Both the position numbers and the translations under genes were made by a program. DNA of 64,000 nucleotides from the NCBI GenBank assembly GCA_963715195.1, contig CAVQRT010000031.1, forward strand, positions 271,143 through 335,142, in the 5' to 3' direction. Below are positions 30,373 to 40,407 of the stretch, in pieces. Below the pieces are notes generated by a model, which saw only the letters and a program-made list of their open reading frames with translations, ran no database searches and had not been told where the DNA came from. This stretch comes from Thermodesulfovibrionales bacterium. Lineage in GTDB: Bacteria > Nitrospirota > Thermodesulfovibrionia > Thermodesulfovibrionales > SM23-35. Within the stretch, counting starts at the first letter, position 1; each line of letters opens with the position of its first letter.

Positions 30373-31044
30373 ATGGAATTTTTAGGAAGCACGGCACTAT
30401 ACAACATCCTCAGAGGTCCTCTTGTGTGGGTTGCTTTTCTTGTTTTTATCGGGGGGAGCAGTTACAGGATTTATACCCTGCTTGATCTCGCAAAAAAAGA
30501 GAAAGTCATTTTTCCATTCATCAGCCTGAAAGCCACCCTGAAGTCTCTTTTCCACTGGGTTATCCCCTTTGCTTCAAGAAACTGGAGACTCAGGCCTGTG
30601 ATGACGGTGGTAACGTTTTTATTCCATATAGGTCTTGTTTTTACCCCTATCTTTCTGCTCTCCCATAATATCCTCTGGCGTGAATCCTGGGGAATAACAT
30701 GGTGGAGCCTGCCTGAAAATATCGCTGATATCATGACCCTTATTGTTATTTTCACCTGTATTTTTTTCTTTCTCAGGAGGATTTTCACGCCGGAGGTCAG
30801 ATTTGTTACATTTACGTCGGATTATGTTTTGCTCGCTGTTTCCTTTCTCCCTTTTTTCACCGGATTTCTTGCGTATCACCAGTGGGCTCTTCCGCATACA
30901 GCGATGGTAAATCTCCATATCCTTTTTGGTGAAGTCATGTTGATTGCAATTCCTTTCACGAGACTGGGCCATATGTTTTATTTCTTCTTGACGAGGTCAT
31001 GGATGGGTTCCAATTTTGCCCTTTGGCACACAAGAGACTGGTAA
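30373..31044 (+). CDS. tmcC: TmcC/HmcE-like (NarI-type) membrane cytochrome b
   Basis: GPLVW, FH, RR motif, HILFGE, PFTRLGH; ~5 TM segments. Confidence 0.8.
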   Translation: MEFLGSTALYNILRGPLVWVAFLVFIGGSSYRIYTLLDLAKKEKVIFPFISLKATLKSLFHWVIPFASRNWRLRPVMTVVTFLFHIGLVFTPIFLLSHNILWRESWGITWWSLPENIADIMTLIVIFTCIFFFLRRIFTPEVRFVTFTSDYVLLAVSFLPFFTGFLAYHQWALPHTAMVNLHILFGEVMLIAIPFTRLGHMFYFFLTRSWMGSNFALWHTRDW

Positions 31045-31070
31045 CGAGTTCGGTATAGAGGAGGACAAGA

Positions 31071-32466
31071 ATGGCGGTAAAGAATACAGCGAAAGAAGCC
31101 GTAAAAGAAAAAGTGATAAGCAGGGAATTCAAGGAATATGTGCGGGATGTCAATCCCGATAAGGGTCTTGATGAAACGATAGCGAACCTTACGCCGGAAA
31201 AGATAGAAAAGACTATTAAGGCGGTTATCGGCGGGCGTTCTTCAAGGATTAAAGCGGTTATGAATACCTGTATCCATTGCGGCCTCTGCGCTGAGGCTTG
31301 CCAGTGGTATCATTTCCAATGACAAAGATCCAACCTATGCACCGGTAGCAAAGATGAGGATGACGATATGGGAGATGCTAAAACGGGACGGTAAGGTTGA
31401 TGCCGAATTCATAAAGCAATGCGCACGGATAGTGTTCACAGAATGTAACATCTGCCACCGCTGCAGCATGTATTGCCCGTATGGGTTGGATATTACCTTT
31501 ATCATCGGTATGGTCCGCCGCATCTGTTTTTTACTCGGGGTCATTCCCCAGCGCCAGTTCGACCAGGCTGAAGCCCATATCGCTACGTTGAATCAGGTCT
31601 GGCTTTCGCAGAATGACTGGCTTGATGCCGTGCAGTGGCATAGAAGAAGAGTCAGGGGCGGATTATATAGACCTGCGTATTCCTATTGATAATGAGGGAG
31701 CAGAGGTTATGTTCTTGCCTCTCGGCGCAGAGCCGAAGACGGGGACGTACCACATAGAGCGTACAGCGAAGATTATGCTTGCTGCAGGAGTGAACTGGAC
31801 GGTACCCGGGTAAGGGTGACTGGGACTGCAGCAGCATGTCCATGTTCGTCCGTGACATGGTGACCATGCAGAGGATCGTGAGGGGGCTTTATGAGAATGC
31901 AGCCAGATTGCGAATTAAAACAATGATGTTGACTGAGTGAGGGCACCCTCGCTTTGCCACAAGTTTTGTGGCACCGCCGATGCTGGGATACAAAGAACTC
32001 CCCTTTGAAGTGAAGCAGACGGGTGAAGTGTTACTATGACCTTCTCAAGAGCGGGAGGATAAAGATTGACCCAAGCAAAAAGATTAAAGTACCTGTTACG
32101 CTTCAGGACCCGTGCAACATTATCGGACGGGCAGGGGCAGCGGAGAAATTCAGGTATATTGTCAATGCAACCTGTGAGGATTTCCGGGAAATGACGCCGA
32201 ACCGTGAGCATAACTATTGCTGTAATGCAGGTGGCGGACTGGCAGCGTTGTCGAACTGGGCAGCGCATAAAGCGAAGGGAAACAGGGTGAAGGCCGAGCA
32301 GATTAAGGCAACGGGTGCGAAGATTGTCATTACACCATGCCATAACTGCAGTACCGGTATAAAAGATGTAATCAAAATCTGGGACCTCGGTGTAAAGAAT
32401 ATGTTTTTTGATGAATTACTCGTAAATACCATGGTAATGCCTGATGAATTTAAAGTACAGAAATAA
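31071..32466 (+). CDS. tmcB: TmcB/HmcF-like (HdrD/DsrK-related) Fe-S protein with CCG-type domains; four +1 frameshifts and in-frame UGA at 31938 (probable Sec)
   Basis: CIHCGLCAEAC, CNICHRCSMYCP, TE*GH, QDPCN, CCNAGGG, PCHNC; five segments join to ~463 aa. Confidence 0.75.
31938..31973 (+). promoter_or_regulatory. Candidate Sec UGA codon plus bacterial SECIS hairpin
   Basis: TGA 31938-31940; perfect stem TGCCACAA (31955-62), loop GTT, TTGTGGCA (31966-73). Confidence 0.7.
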
Positions 32467-32487
32467 AGCGGGAAGGATGAGAATATT

Positions 32488-34164
32488 ATGAAAAAAGGGT
32501 TAATTGTTTTTGCCGTCGGATTTTGTTATCTCATCTTGATCATTTACGGTATCGGTGTAATCTATTCTGTGGAAACTCCCACTGAGAAAACAGAAGTTGT
32601 TCAAAAGGTCCCGGTTGAACAGCTCAAGGATAAAATTTCCATTGCCCATGCCGATATCTTTGGTTCGCTTGAACGCCCTCAGGTGATTTTTGATCACAAG
32701 AAGCATATTGAAGCACTGGTCAAGGATGGCAAAAAGGATTGGGAAACCTGCGACTCCTGCCATCCCTGGAATGAAGACAAGACGCATATGTCCTTTATTT
32801 TTCCCCAAAAGGTCGCAAAAAAAGATAAAGACTCCTACATGCATGCTTACCACGATGAGTGCATGGATTGTCACAAGGAGATGAGTTCCGAGAAAAAGAA
32901 AAGCGGCCCTGTCGTCTGCGGCGAGTGTCATGTTGAAAAGCTTGCAGCGTTACAATATATATATCCGGCCGCAGAATTTAGTTACGAACATCATGATAAC
33001 CATGACAAGAAATTAAAAGAAAAGAATATACAAGACAACTGTGCTTATTGCCATCATATTTATAATGAAGAACTCGTCTATGAAAAGGGCAAGGAGTGGT
33101 CATGTTATTACTGCCACGAGATCGGCAGAAAGACAGGTCCGGTTCTTGCCGAGGAGACAAGAATAATCGGCAAGAAAGGCCTCGGTCTGGACAGGGTCTC
33201 CCATACGCGATGCCTCAATTGCCATCTCTACTATAAAAAGCAGGATGAAGGAAAGAAGAAAGCCAAGGACGAAAAAGAGATTCCGATTGAATGTGCGCAA
33301 TGTCATACGGGTAAATACAAGACGATAGCGGAACTGGAAAAGGTTCCCCGGCCGGATAGCGGACAGGCAGAAAAAGCTTTTATAGACGTTGACAAGGCAA
33401 AAATGAAGGGGGTTCCCTTTGACCATAAGAGCCATCAAACCCAATCCAAGACATGCCGGGGATGCCACCACGAAACCCTGAATGCATGCAAAGAATGTCA
33501 CACGCTCACCGGGAATCCGGATGGAGGGAACGTAAATATTGCTGGGGCGTACCACGAAATTTCTTCTGAACAGAGCTGCTCTGGATGTCATACGGTCAAG
33601 AAAGCTGAGAAAAATTGTAACGGATGCCACCATGCAATCATGCCTGTCGATGCCCAGACAAAGGGTCCTAAGAAGGCAATTTGTGCAATCTGCCATTCCG
33701 GAAAGCGGGAACTCCTTCCCGCAACAAAACTTTCCATCGCCGGACTTGATACAGAGAAGGTCAAGAAGGAGGTGGAAGTAAAGATCCTTGAGAAGGAATA
33801 TGAACCTTCTAAGTTCCCGCATATAAAGATTATTGAGAAGATGGTAAAAATTTCGAATGATGACAAGTTAGGATCCTATTTCCACAGGGATCTCCAAACA
33901 CTCTGTGAGGGATGTCATCATCAGAGCCGGGCAGAGGCAGAGGCAAAGAAAGACGAGCCGCCTTATTGCAGGAACTGTCATTCCATAGCATTTGATCCCC
34001 AGCGAATCAACAGGCCAAGATTACTTGCCGCCTACCACCGTCAGTGCATACAGTGTCATCAAAAGATGGAACTTGAGAAACCGAAAGAATGCAAGGAATG
34101 TCATAAGGAAAAAGAACTGCGTCCGGAATTCGTTCTTTCAAAGCCCAGTGAAGTAAGCCGGTAG
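32488..34164 (+). CDS. hmcA: High-molecular-weight 16-heme cytochrome c
   Basis: 16 CxxCH motifs counted; cytochrome c3-like FDH motifs; N-terminal hydrophobic anchor. Confidence 0.88.
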   Translation: MKKGLIVFAVGFCYLILIIYGIGVIYSVETPTEKTEVVQKVPVEQLKDKISIAHADIFGSLERPQVIFDHKKHIEALVKDGKKDWETCDSCHPWNEDKTHMSFIFPQKVAKKDKDSYMHAYHDECMDCHKEMSSEKKKSGPVVCGECHVEKLAALQYIYPAAEFSYEHHDNHDKKLKEKNIQDNCAYCHHIYNEELVYEKGKEWSCYYCHEIGRKTGPVLAEETRIIGKKGLGLDRVSHTRCLNCHLYYKKQDEGKKKAKDEKEIPIECAQCHTGKYKTIAELEKVPRPDSGQAEKAFIDVDKAKMKGVPFDHKSHQTQSKTCRGCHHETLNACKECHTLTGNPDGGNVNIAGAYHEISSEQSCSGCHTVKKAEKNCNGCHHAIMPVDAQTKGPKKAICAICHSGKRELLPATKLSIAGLDTEKVKKEVEVKILEKEYEPSKFPHIKIIEKMVKISNDDKLGSYFHRDLQTLCEGCHHQSRAEAEAKKDEPPYCRNCHSIAFDPQRINRPRLLAAYHRQCIQCHQKMELEKPKECKECHKEKELRPEFVLSKPSEVSR

Positions 34165-34179
34165 CAAGAGGAGGACTGA

Positions 34180-34293
34180 ATGTATATATTCGAACAACTG
34201 TTTTCCCATCACGGATACGAATATGCGGTTGCCGTGCTGGCGATGTTTGTTTTTATCGCGTTTTATATGATTATTACATCGGAGAGAAAATAA
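34180..34293 (+). CDS. Small single-TM protein, HmcD-like
   Basis: GAGGAGG RBS; 37 aa MYIFEQLFSHHGYEYAVAVLAMFVFIAFYMIITSERK; fills gap between hmcA and hmcB. Confidence 0.7.
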   Translation: MYIFEQLFSHHGYEYAVAVLAMFVFIAFYMIITSERK

Positions 34294-34312
34294 ACGGCAT
34301 GGAGGCGAACGT

Positions 34313-35341
34313 ATGAGTATAGACAGAAGGAAATTCCTGAAGCACTCCTTAACCATGGCTGGAGCAACGTTGCTCAGCGGTGGATCCATTGCCCATGCTT
34401 TAGATAAACGCGATCCTTCTATTCTTTCGACCGGAAACACCGCAAATGCAAGAAACTGGAAGCTATGGGTCGAGAAGTCTGAAAGCCTTACCCCGGAAAA
34501 ATATGGCGTTCTCGTTGATACAACTGTCTGTATCGGATGCCGCAGATGCGAGTGGGCATGCAATGAATGGAATAAAAACCCAAACAGGCCGATAAAGGAG
34601 TTTGAAGCGTCGGTATCACAACAAAAATCTGTTTTCGACACGGTCCGGAGAATGCATGCCGGCAACTTTACGGTGGTTAATCGCTTCATAAGCTCTAAAG
34701 ACGGCAAGCCGATATACGTGAAGAGGCAATGCATGCACTGCGACGATCCCGGCTGTTTATCCTCATGTTTTGTCGATGCATACAGAAAAGCCAAAAATGG
34801 CCCGGTTGTCCATAACGCATCGGTATGTATCGGGTGCCGCTATTGCATGGTTGCCTGCCCCTTTGACGTGCCCGCATATGAATACTATGCTCCGTTAAAC
34901 CCGCAAATCACAAAATGTACGTTTTGCTTTGACAGAATATCGCAGGGCGGGGTCCCGGCCTGTGTCGAGATTTGTCCTGCGGGAGTACTGACCTATGGGA
35001 AAAGAAGCGATCTTATGAAACTTGCACGCGAAAAGATAGGAAACAACCCTGATAAATATATTGATCATGTTTACGGAGAATATGAGGTGGGAGGTACAAG
35101 CTGGCTTTATTTGTCGTCAGTTCCTTTTCATGAAATAGGTCTGAGAACAGATGTTGGAACAACCCCTACACCAAAACTCACTAAGGGATTTCTTATTGGT
35201 GTCAAGATGTTCGAAATAGTCGCCGCATGGCCTCTTGTTTTCGGGGCCTATTATACAATCTCAAAGGCTCGGGAAAAAACAAGAGCGGGCCATGAAGCAT
35301 CCGCTGCTGGAAAGGAAGAAGGTCATGGCGAAAAACACTAA
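34313..35341 (+). CDS. hmcB: HmcB/HybA-like periplasmic 4Fe-4S protein
   Basis: Tat signal (DRRKFLK), four Fe-S Cys motifs, YGEYEVGGTSW. Confidence 0.82.
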   Translation: MSIDRRKFLKHSLTMAGATLLSGGSIAHALDKRDPSILSTGNTANARNWKLWVEKSESLTPEKYGVLVDTTVCIGCRRCEWACNEWNKNPNRPIKEFEASVSQQKSVFDTVRRMHAGNFTVVNRFISSKDGKPIYVKRQCMHCDDPGCLSSCFVDAYRKAKNGPVVHNASVCIGCRYCMVACPFDVPAYEYYAPLNPQITKCTFCFDRISQGGVPACVEICPAGVLTYGKRSDLMKLAREKIGNNPDKYIDHVYGEYEVGGTSWLYLSSVPFHEIGLRTDVGTTPTPKLTKGFLIGVKMFEIVAAWPLVFGAYYTISKAREKTRAGHEASAAGKEEGHGEKH

Positions 35342-36539
35342 TTCTTGGTTTCGGGAAAAGATACTTCTTGGCAAGTCTAATAGAGATTACATTATCAGCA
35401 GTGCTACTCCGGGGAATTTTATCGCAGGTCTTATCATCGTCTATGGGGTTATCGTCATGGTTTACCGTCTTTTCTTCGGTCTCGGACCCTCGACGAATCT
35501 CTCTGATAACTATCCCTGGGGCTTCTGGATAGGGTTCGATATCCTTATCGGGATTGCTTTGGCAGCTCCGGGCTTAACCCTTGGAACAGCAGTCCATCTC
35601 TTCGGGATGAAGAAATATCACCATTTCGTCCGCCCTGCTATTCTCTCAAGTCTTCTCGGATATATTTTTGCGGTATTTGCGCTTCTTTTCGACCTTGGCC
35701 GTTACTATCGGATCCCCTATCTCCTGGGATGGTCATGGGGTTTTTCTTCAGTGCTGTTTTTGATCGGCTGGCATTTCTTCCTGTATATCAACATCTGCCT
35801 CATTGAGTGGAGTCCTGCGCTTTTTGAATGGTTGAATCTCAAGAAACTCCGCGAATTTTTTCAGAGGGCGGCAATATGGGCAACTATTTTCGGAGTCATT
35901 ATCGCCGGAGGCCATCAGTCTGCGCTTGGTGGGTTGTATCTGATTGCCCCTGCAAAACTTCACCCCCTCTGGTATTCAATGTTCTTGCCGGTTTTTTTCC
36001 TTTTATCCGCAATATTTGTAGGCATTGCGATGGTGATCGTGGAAAGCACGATTACTCACAAGGTGTTTAAACATCAGCTGAAGGATTTTAACCAGGCTGA
36101 ATTTGACAAGCGGACCATGGGTCTTGGCACGGCCGCTGCAGCGGGTTTATTCATCTACTTTATTCTCAAAATATTTGATCTGGCTCATTCAGACAACTGG
36201 GCATATTTGAACACATTTTATGGTTACTGGTACTTGCTTGAGGTCCTGGGCTTTGTTCTCCTGCCGGCAATGCTTTTCGCATCGGGCGTTAGAAACGGGA
36301 ATGCAAAGCTTATTCGCCTGACGGCAGTTTTGACGGTGGCCGGTGTGATATTAAACCGATTGAATGTCTCTATCTTTGCCTATAACTGGCAATTCCCTGC
36401 ATCAATGAAGTATTACCCGAAATGGATGGAAATTTCACTGTCTTTCGGGGTTGTAGCAATGTTGATTGTCGCGTACCGCTTTATTGCCAACAGAATGGCA
36501 ATCATGTACGATCACCCTGATTACGGTTCAGGTCACTAA
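35325..36539 (+). CDS. hmcC: HmcC/HybB (NrfD-family) integral membrane subunit
   Basis: TNLSDNYPWGFWIGFD, DLGR, HQSALG, KLHPLW; ~10 TM segments. Confidence 0.85.
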   Translation: MAKNTNSWFREKILLGKSNRDYIISSATPGNFIAGLIIVYGVIVMVYRLFFGLGPSTNLSDNYPWGFWIGFDILIGIALAAPGLTLGTAVHLFGMKKYHHFVRPAILSSLLGYIFAVFALLFDLGRYYRIPYLLGWSWGFSSVLFLIGWHFFLYINICLIEWSPALFEWLNLKKLREFFQRAAIWATIFGVIIAGGHQSALGGLYLIAPAKLHPLWYSMFLPVFFLLSAIFVGIAMVIVESTITHKVFKHQLKDFNQAEFDKRTMGLGTAAAAGLFIYFILKIFDLAHSDNWAYLNTFYGYWYLLEVLGFVLLPAMLFASGVRNGNAKLIRLTAVLTVAGVILNRLNVSIFAYNWQFPASMKYYPKWMEISLSFGVVAMLIVAYRFIANRMAIMYDHPDYGSGH

Positions 36540-36608
36540 TATGATGATGGGTTTTCGGAAAAAAGCGAAAACTTTTATATAGGAACCCTGATAAATATTG
36601 AGCTGTTT

Positions 36609-37121
36609 TCAGGTTGCAGACTTTCTATTTGCTGTATTTAATAATTTATCGATATGCTTTTGGAGATAAGTCAGAGCTTCTGCGAGTTTGTCCTGGGAAA
36701 TCCTCGGTACCGTGTTTAGTAAACTTCTGATTTCAGGTTCATCCTTTCCCAGTGCTTTACTGATATAAAACGAATCAATTTTGCTATCCATTATTAAACA
36801 GCCGCACCCGCCTGCTGAACCTAAAAACTCCCCGTTTATAAAAATAGGCACGAGAAATTTTGAAAATCCCGCTTCACATTCATCAATAACTGGAGTCCTG
36901 CTCTGAAAAACTTTTTTTGAAAAATTTTGCTGGGAAGTAGCACATATTACACGGGAATCGCCGGCCTTAATCAAAGGACACACCTCATTTGCCCATCCAA
37001 CAGGAGAATGAATAAGGAGATTGTCCTTATTATAAATACAACTGTTAAAGCCAAAATTTTTATACATATCCTCAGCCAACTGCCTCCAGGATTCAACAGG
37101 AATTAGATCAGTGAGTTCCAT
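36609..37121 (-). CDS. PocR ligand-binding domain protein
   Basis: WANEVCPLIK, ICA, ECEAG, VPI, GGCG motifs; GGAGG RBS. Confidence 0.78.
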   Translation of the reverse strand: MELTDLIPVESWRQLAEDMYKNFGFNSCIYNKDNLLIHSPVGWANEVCPLIKAGDSRVICATSQQNFSKKVFQSRTPVIDECEAGFSKFLVPIFINGEFLGSAGGCGCLIMDSKIDSFYISKALGKDEPEIRSLLNTVPRISQDKLAEALTYLQKHIDKLLNTANRKSAT

Positions 37122-37243
37122 CCTCAACCTCCTCCTATTTATTTATATTACACTAATATTATCATGAGCAAGGAAAAAAGATAACAGTTATTTCTTATAA
37201 CAGCTTTATGAATTAGTAGCATTACTGCTGTATAAACACAAAA

Positions 37244-37274
37244 CTGCGCAAAGGGTCATTTGCCCTCTGCGCAG
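37244..37274 (-). terminator. Rho-independent terminator
   Basis: GC stem ctgcgca-aaggg/ccct-ctgcgcag followed by T-run on minus strand after gene ending 37298. Confidence 0.65.
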
Positions 37275-37297
37275 CCATTTTATGCTACAGGTGGACA

Positions 37298-37657
37298 TTA
37301 TTGAAAAGTAATACTCCTTGCGAGATTCACTTCGCCCTTCTTGGTATATACAACAACAATCTTGTCGCCGGCTTTGATGTCAGAGAGGCCCCTTTTTTCA
37401 TTCCCTTTCATTATTTTTGTTTCCTGGTCTGTAACAGCAGTAACTGCTATGGTCTTATCCTTAAATTTTTTTGTTACGGTAATGGTACCAGCGCCTTCAT
37501 TTACTGATTGGACAGCCCCACTGATCTGTAAAGATTTCGATGCAGGCAGGAGTTTAAAATCATGTGACTGATCCTTTTGATTTTCGGACGCATATGAAGT
37601 TGTTGCGATACAAAAAGCAAAGAAAAAAGACAAGAGAATAAAGATACATTTCTTCAC
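37298..37657 (-). CDS. Secreted small beta-rich protein (DUF5666/OB-fold-like)
   Basis: Signal peptide; LSDIKAGDKIVVVY motif; AGGAGGTG RBS with GTG start. Confidence 0.65.
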   Translation of the reverse strand: MKKCIFILLSFFFAFCIATTSYASENQKDQSHDFKLLPASKSLQISGAVQSVNEGAGTITVTKKFKDKTIAVTAVTDQETKIMKGNEKRGLSDIKAGDKIVVVYTKKGEVNLARSITFQ

Positions 37658-37918
37658 AGAAATCACCTCCTTTCGTGAATATTTTCATGAACACTTTATG
37701 TAGATGATCTTTCTTGTGACTTATCATTATACTAAAAAATTGCGCATAACGGGAAAGATTTTTCTTAACGAGACAAATAAACAGTATCTCGCTTAAGCCT
37801 TATATATCTTCTGGTAACAATAAGAGCACGGGTGGCTATTTTAGGATGAAAAAGTCCGGACATTTTCAGCAATTTTTATGGTAAAATTACTTACTTTACA
37901 AAGGAGCAGAGAGGCATT

Positions 37919-39649
37919 ATGAAGATGACCGGAGCTGAAATATTTATTGAGAGTCTGAAAAGAGAAGGGGTCAAGCACATCTTCGGATACCCCGGAGGAG
38001 TGATACTGAACATATTTGATCTCCTCTATGAAGATAAGGACATACAACTCATTCTCACAAGACACGAGCAAGGAGCTGTGCATGCGGCAGATGGATATGC
38101 ACGGTCAACAGGCAAGCCTGGGGTGGTCCTTGTTACCTCAGGGCCAGGGGCTACCAATACCGTAACGGGGATTGCAACCGCCTCTATGGATTCCATACCC
38201 CTTGTTGTTTTTTCCGGCCAGGTGCCGACCATGCTTATTGGGAATGATGCGTTTCAGGAAGCAGATATCGTCGGGATTTCGAGGCCGTGCACGAAATATA
38301 ATTTTCTTGCAAAAGACGTCAATGACCTATCGATGATTGTCAGAGAGGCATTCTACATCGCAATGGCAGGACGTCCGGGACCGGTCCTTATTGATCTTCC
38401 TAAAGATGTTACGTCATCAAGGGCAGAGTTCACGTGGCCTGAAGTAAAAATCAGAAGCTACAATCCGACATACGAAGGCAATAAGTGGAGAATCAGCCAG
38501 GCTGCTCAGATGATTGCGAAATCGAAGAAAGCCCTTATCATTGCCGGCGGCGGCGTGATTCTTTCGGGAGCCCATAAGGAATTAAAAGAGCTTGCTGAAA
38601 TAACCAATACCCCGGTTACGATGACACTTATGGGACTTGGGGGCTTTCCGGGCACACATCCGCTTTCCCTCGGGATGCCGGGAATGCACGGCACGTATTA
38701 CGCCAACAAGTCAATTCAGGAGTCTGATCTTCTGATTGCAATAGGTATGCGGTTTGATGACAGGGTGACCGGAAAGCTCGATGAATTTGCTCCCCATGCA
38801 AAAATCATTCATATTGATATCGATCCGACTTCCATAAAGAAAAACGTTCGGGTGGATGTTCCGATCGTGGGTGATGTCAGGAGAGTTCTCACTGTTTTGA
38901 ACAGGATATTGAAGGAGGATACGAAAGAGCAGTGGGAGGAAGTGCGCAAGGCCTGGTTAAGACAGATCGATGCCTGGAAACAGGAAAGACCGATGACGTA
39001 CACGTACAGTGAGGAAGTGATAAAACCTCAGTTTGTTGTGGAAAAAATCTACGAATTAACAAAAGGGGATGCGATCATCTCGACTGAAGTTGGCCAGAAC
39101 CAGATGTGGGCTGCTCAGTTCTATAAGTATGACAAACCCCGGATGTGGCTGACTTCGGGTGGACTCGGTACAATGGGCTATGGCTTCCCTGCTGCAATCG
39201 GTGCCCAGATAGCCCATCCGAACAAGCTGGTAATCGATATCGCCGGAGATGGAAGTATACAGATGAATATCCAGGAGCTTGCTACAGCAGTTATTAATAA
39301 ACTGCCGGTAAAGGTTGCGATACTCAATAACCGCTATCTCGGAATGGTACGGCAATGGCAGGAACTTTTCTACAACGAAAGGTATTCATATACCCATCTC
39401 GAGGTTGTGCCGGATTTTGTGAAATTAGCCGAGGCATATGGTGCAGTTGGTCTCAGAGCAACAAAACCAAACGAAGTCGAACCTGTCTTGAAAGAAGCAT
39501 TTAAGATCAAAAAGACCGTATTCATGGATTTTGTTGTTCACTGGAAGGAGAAAGTCTTTCCCATGGTGCCTGCAGGTGCACCGATCGACCATATGCTTTT
39601 TGAAGAGAAGGAACAAAAGGAAGAGAAAAAATTAAAAGCAGTCAAGTAA
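37919..39649 (+). CDS. ilvB: Acetolactate synthase large subunit
   Basis: [34 protein letters not shown]. Confidence 0.97.
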   Translation: MKMTGAEIFIESLKREGVKHIFGYPGGVILNIFDLLYEDKDIQLILTRHEQGAVHAADGYARSTGKPGVVLVTSGPGATNTVTGIATASMDSIPLVVFSGQVPTMLIGNDAFQEADIVGISRPCTKYNFLAKDVNDLSMIVREAFYIAMAGRPGPVLIDLPKDVTSSRAEFTWPEVKIRSYNPTYEGNKWRISQAAQMIAKSKKALIIAGGGVILSGAHKELKELAEITNTPVTMTLMGLGGFPGTHPLSLGMPGMHGTYYANKSIQESDLLIAIGMRFDDRVTGKLDEFAPHAKIIHIDIDPTSIKKNVRVDVPIVGDVRRVLTVLNRILKEDTKEQWEEVRKAWLRQIDAWKQERPMTYTYSEEVIKPQFVVEKIYELTKGDAIISTEVGQNQMWAAQFYKYDKPRMWLTSGGLGTMGYGFPAAIGAQIAHPNKLVIDIAGDGSIQMNIQELATAVINKLPVKVAILNNRYLGMVRQWQELFYNERYSYTHLEVVPDFVKLAEAYGAVGLRATKPNEVEPVLKEAFKIKKTVFMDFVVHWKEKVFPMVPAGAPIDHMLFEEKEQKEEKKLKAVK

Positions 39650-39720
39650 AGATAGGAGACAGGAAATAACAACTGAATTACTAAGGAGTTCATAAATAAG
39701 ATTACATATAATAAAAATAC

Positions 39721-39788
39721 TGTCATTGTCCGGCTCGACCGGACAATCCAGTGTTTTCTGGATTCCCCGATCAAGTCGGGGAATGACG
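39721..39788. repeat. REP-like paired palindrome (GTCA family)
   Basis: tgtcattgtccggctcgaccggacaatccag ... ctggattccccgatcaagtcggggaatgac. Confidence 0.8.
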
Positions 39789-39848
39789 ATTATGAAACTA
39801 TGCTTATGTACTTCTTAGTAAGAAACTGAGATACAGAAGAGGGCTATC

Positions 39849-40337
39849 ATGCGACATACCATTTCATTACTTGTTGAAAACAAATTCGGGGTACTTTCAA
39901 GAATATCAGGCCTTTTCAGCGGCAGGGGGTACAATATCGAGAGCCTGTCCGTTGGTGAAACGATCGACCCGCAAATATCGACCATGACGATTGTCACAAG
40001 CGGTGATGATAAGATCATAGAGCAGATCAACAAACAACTCAATAAGCTCATTGATGTGGTAAAGGTTATCGATATGACGGAGCTTGACCATGTTGAACGA
40101 GAGATGGTTCTTATTAAGGTTACCCCGAAACACGAAGACAAAGCTGAAGTCCTGAGGCTTGCGGAAATCTTCCGGGGGAGAATTGTTGATTCCAGCAAGA
40201 GCACCTACACGATCGAGATAACTGGCGACGAAAAGAAGATTGAAGCGATTATTGAGCTCCTCAAACCGGTCGGCATCAGAGAATTTGTGAGGACCGGAAA
40301 GATAGCCATAGCCCGTGAGGGCATCAGGAAAGCCTGA
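39849..40337 (+). CDS. ilvN: Acetolactate synthase small subunit
   Basis: [29 protein letters not shown]. Confidence 0.96.
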   Translation: MRHTISLLVENKFGVLSRISGLFSGRGYNIESLSVGETIDPQISTMTIVTSGDDKIIEQINKQLNKLIDVVKVIDMTELDHVEREMVLIKVTPKHEDKAEVLRLAEIFRGRIVDSSKSTYTIEITGDEKKIEAIIELLKPVGIREFVRTGKIAIAREGIRKA

Positions 40338-40407
40338 TTCCTCTCTGTGCTCACGCCCTTTTGAGGACATTGTCTCTCAATTGTGTGTGACGGGTCCAAT
40401 CCTCTCT

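Noticed and set aside
31320..31322. TGA ending ORF 31071-31322 as a second Sec codon
   Set aside because: Arises from a +1 insertion near 31314; corrected frame reads HSNDKDPTYAPVAK with no stop
13421..32466. Programmed ribosomal frameshifting in feoB, tmcD, tmcB
   Set aside because: No consistent slippery heptamers; many unrelated genes affected; sequencing error is simpler
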